A stretch of 53,492 nt of DNA from Atractiella rhizophila (Eukaryota). Positions 52,427-53,492 of the stretch are shown in pieces (the first letter of the stretch is position 1; every line of letters begins with the position of its first letter). Both the position numbers and the translations under genes were made by a program. The DNA is taken from the NCBI GenBank assembly GCA_021432655.1, contig MU271248.1:71176-124667 (forward strand), given 5' to 3'. Under the pieces are notes generated by a model. That model saw nothing but the letters and a program-made list of their open reading frames with translations. It did not search any database and had not been told where the DNA came from.

Positions 52427-52636
52427 CCTGGCATCTGGTGAGCTGAGCCGTGACAGATTTACTGTCACCGACTTTCCATATAACCCAATAATGTATAAAT
52501 ATATTATAATATCTAGCTTGCGTTTCTTGTCTTGTCACGTGTTGGAAACAAGGCGAGTTCCCGAGCCAAGCGCCTGCATCCAGCCCAACGACGACCAGTT
52601 CCTTGAGATCCTTTTCGGACAACTCACAGAGTCAAA

Positions 52637-53492
52637 ATGCTCCTTACGCTCCTTCTTGCTTCTGCGCCGCTCCTCGCACGATCTCAATTCGTGTATACTG
52701 TGCGCCTTTATTCTTAGACTGTTCTTATTGAGTTGCTGATGGTGAGTCGACTGCAGGTCGGTGTTGGGATCGACGAGAGGACTGGACAACCGGGTATGCA
52801 TCTTGTGGCAGAACTGAAAGGTGTCGATTGATAAGTTGGCGAATGCAGGTGTTGGATTCGGTGTGTAGTTTCATTCTGAATGAAACAAGGCAGAGGATTG
52901 AGAGGAAATCGGTAGATCCGTCTTCTACCCAGACTCAGCTAGGTGATGTAGTCGCCTTTGAGTTCAGGCAGGGAGTGCATCAAGTTTACGGTTCGTCGTT
53001 AACATGCTTTGTTCCTGAAGGACTGACATTTTGCATAGAATCTACATGGGCAGTAAGCCAGCCTCTCCCTTGAATTCGAATCCAGAACGATTTTCTCAAA
53101 GTAGTGATTAGAACCCCTGCACACCTCTCAATGGTGGTTTTTCTGCCGGACCTGAGAGCGTCCCAACAGGAGGCACTGGTGGCACTTACAATTACACGAT
53201 CGCAGACTCCAATCCTCACTGGGTCCGTTCTTCTCTTTTCTTGTTTACTACAGTTGTAAAGATGGGATCAGTTCTTCGATTCTGCCTCTTGCACTTCCGG
53301 AGGCGTCTTCTCTGTCAATCCACCAACAACGGGAGAGCAAACGGCAGGCACATTCTTGGCCAACGCTCTGGCGCTCGGTGGGCTTACTGAGCTCCCTCCT
53401 CCTGGAGCCGGAGCTACAACGGGAACCGCGCCTGCGACTACTTCGAGCACCAACTCCCAGACCTCTACCACGACCACGACCACCGGCACTGG
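52637..53492 (+). CDS. Secreted cupredoxin-fold, Ser/Thr-rich protein (runs off the window; not captured by the ORF track)
   Basis: Spliced MLLTLLLASAPLLARSQFVYT|VGVGIDERTGQP|GVGF|DPSSTQTQLGDVVAFEFRQGVHQVY|ESTWA|NPCTPLNGGFSAG...NYTIADSNPHW|FFDSASCTSGGVFSVNPPTTG..., then a Thr-rich linker. Confidence 0.78.

Overview
Gene-dense, intron-rich fungal DNA, most likely a basidiomycete; the short (~50 nt) introns and protein families suggest Pucciniomycotina. About 20 genes can be reconstructed by hand: a FlaR/adenylate-kinase-like P-loop protein, nicotinamidase PNC1, SAP18, a DEK-C/SWIB protein, ERV14, TFIP11/Ntr1, a large disordered single-KH protein, a USP deubiquitinase, a glyoxalase-like protein, PMT4, an unusual histone H3, several hypothetical proteins, two tandem Zn2Cys6 transcription factors, a catalytic-domain-less Pff1-like membrane protein with two pseudogene copies, fused tryptophan synthase, RAD9 (9-1-1 clamp), an F-box protein and a secreted cupredoxin-like protein. 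There is one 930-N gap. The main structural oddity is three direct duplications (1-880/3055-3919, with an A35 run at the end of the first copy; 10924-13184; 39509-43390). Coding differences in the first two pairs are mostly synonymous, so they may be allelic haplotypes assembled in tandem rather than real duplications. I found no rRNA, tRNA, CRISPR array or recognisable transposase. All annotation is by eye, and exon boundaries are inferred from GT/AG and frame logic.
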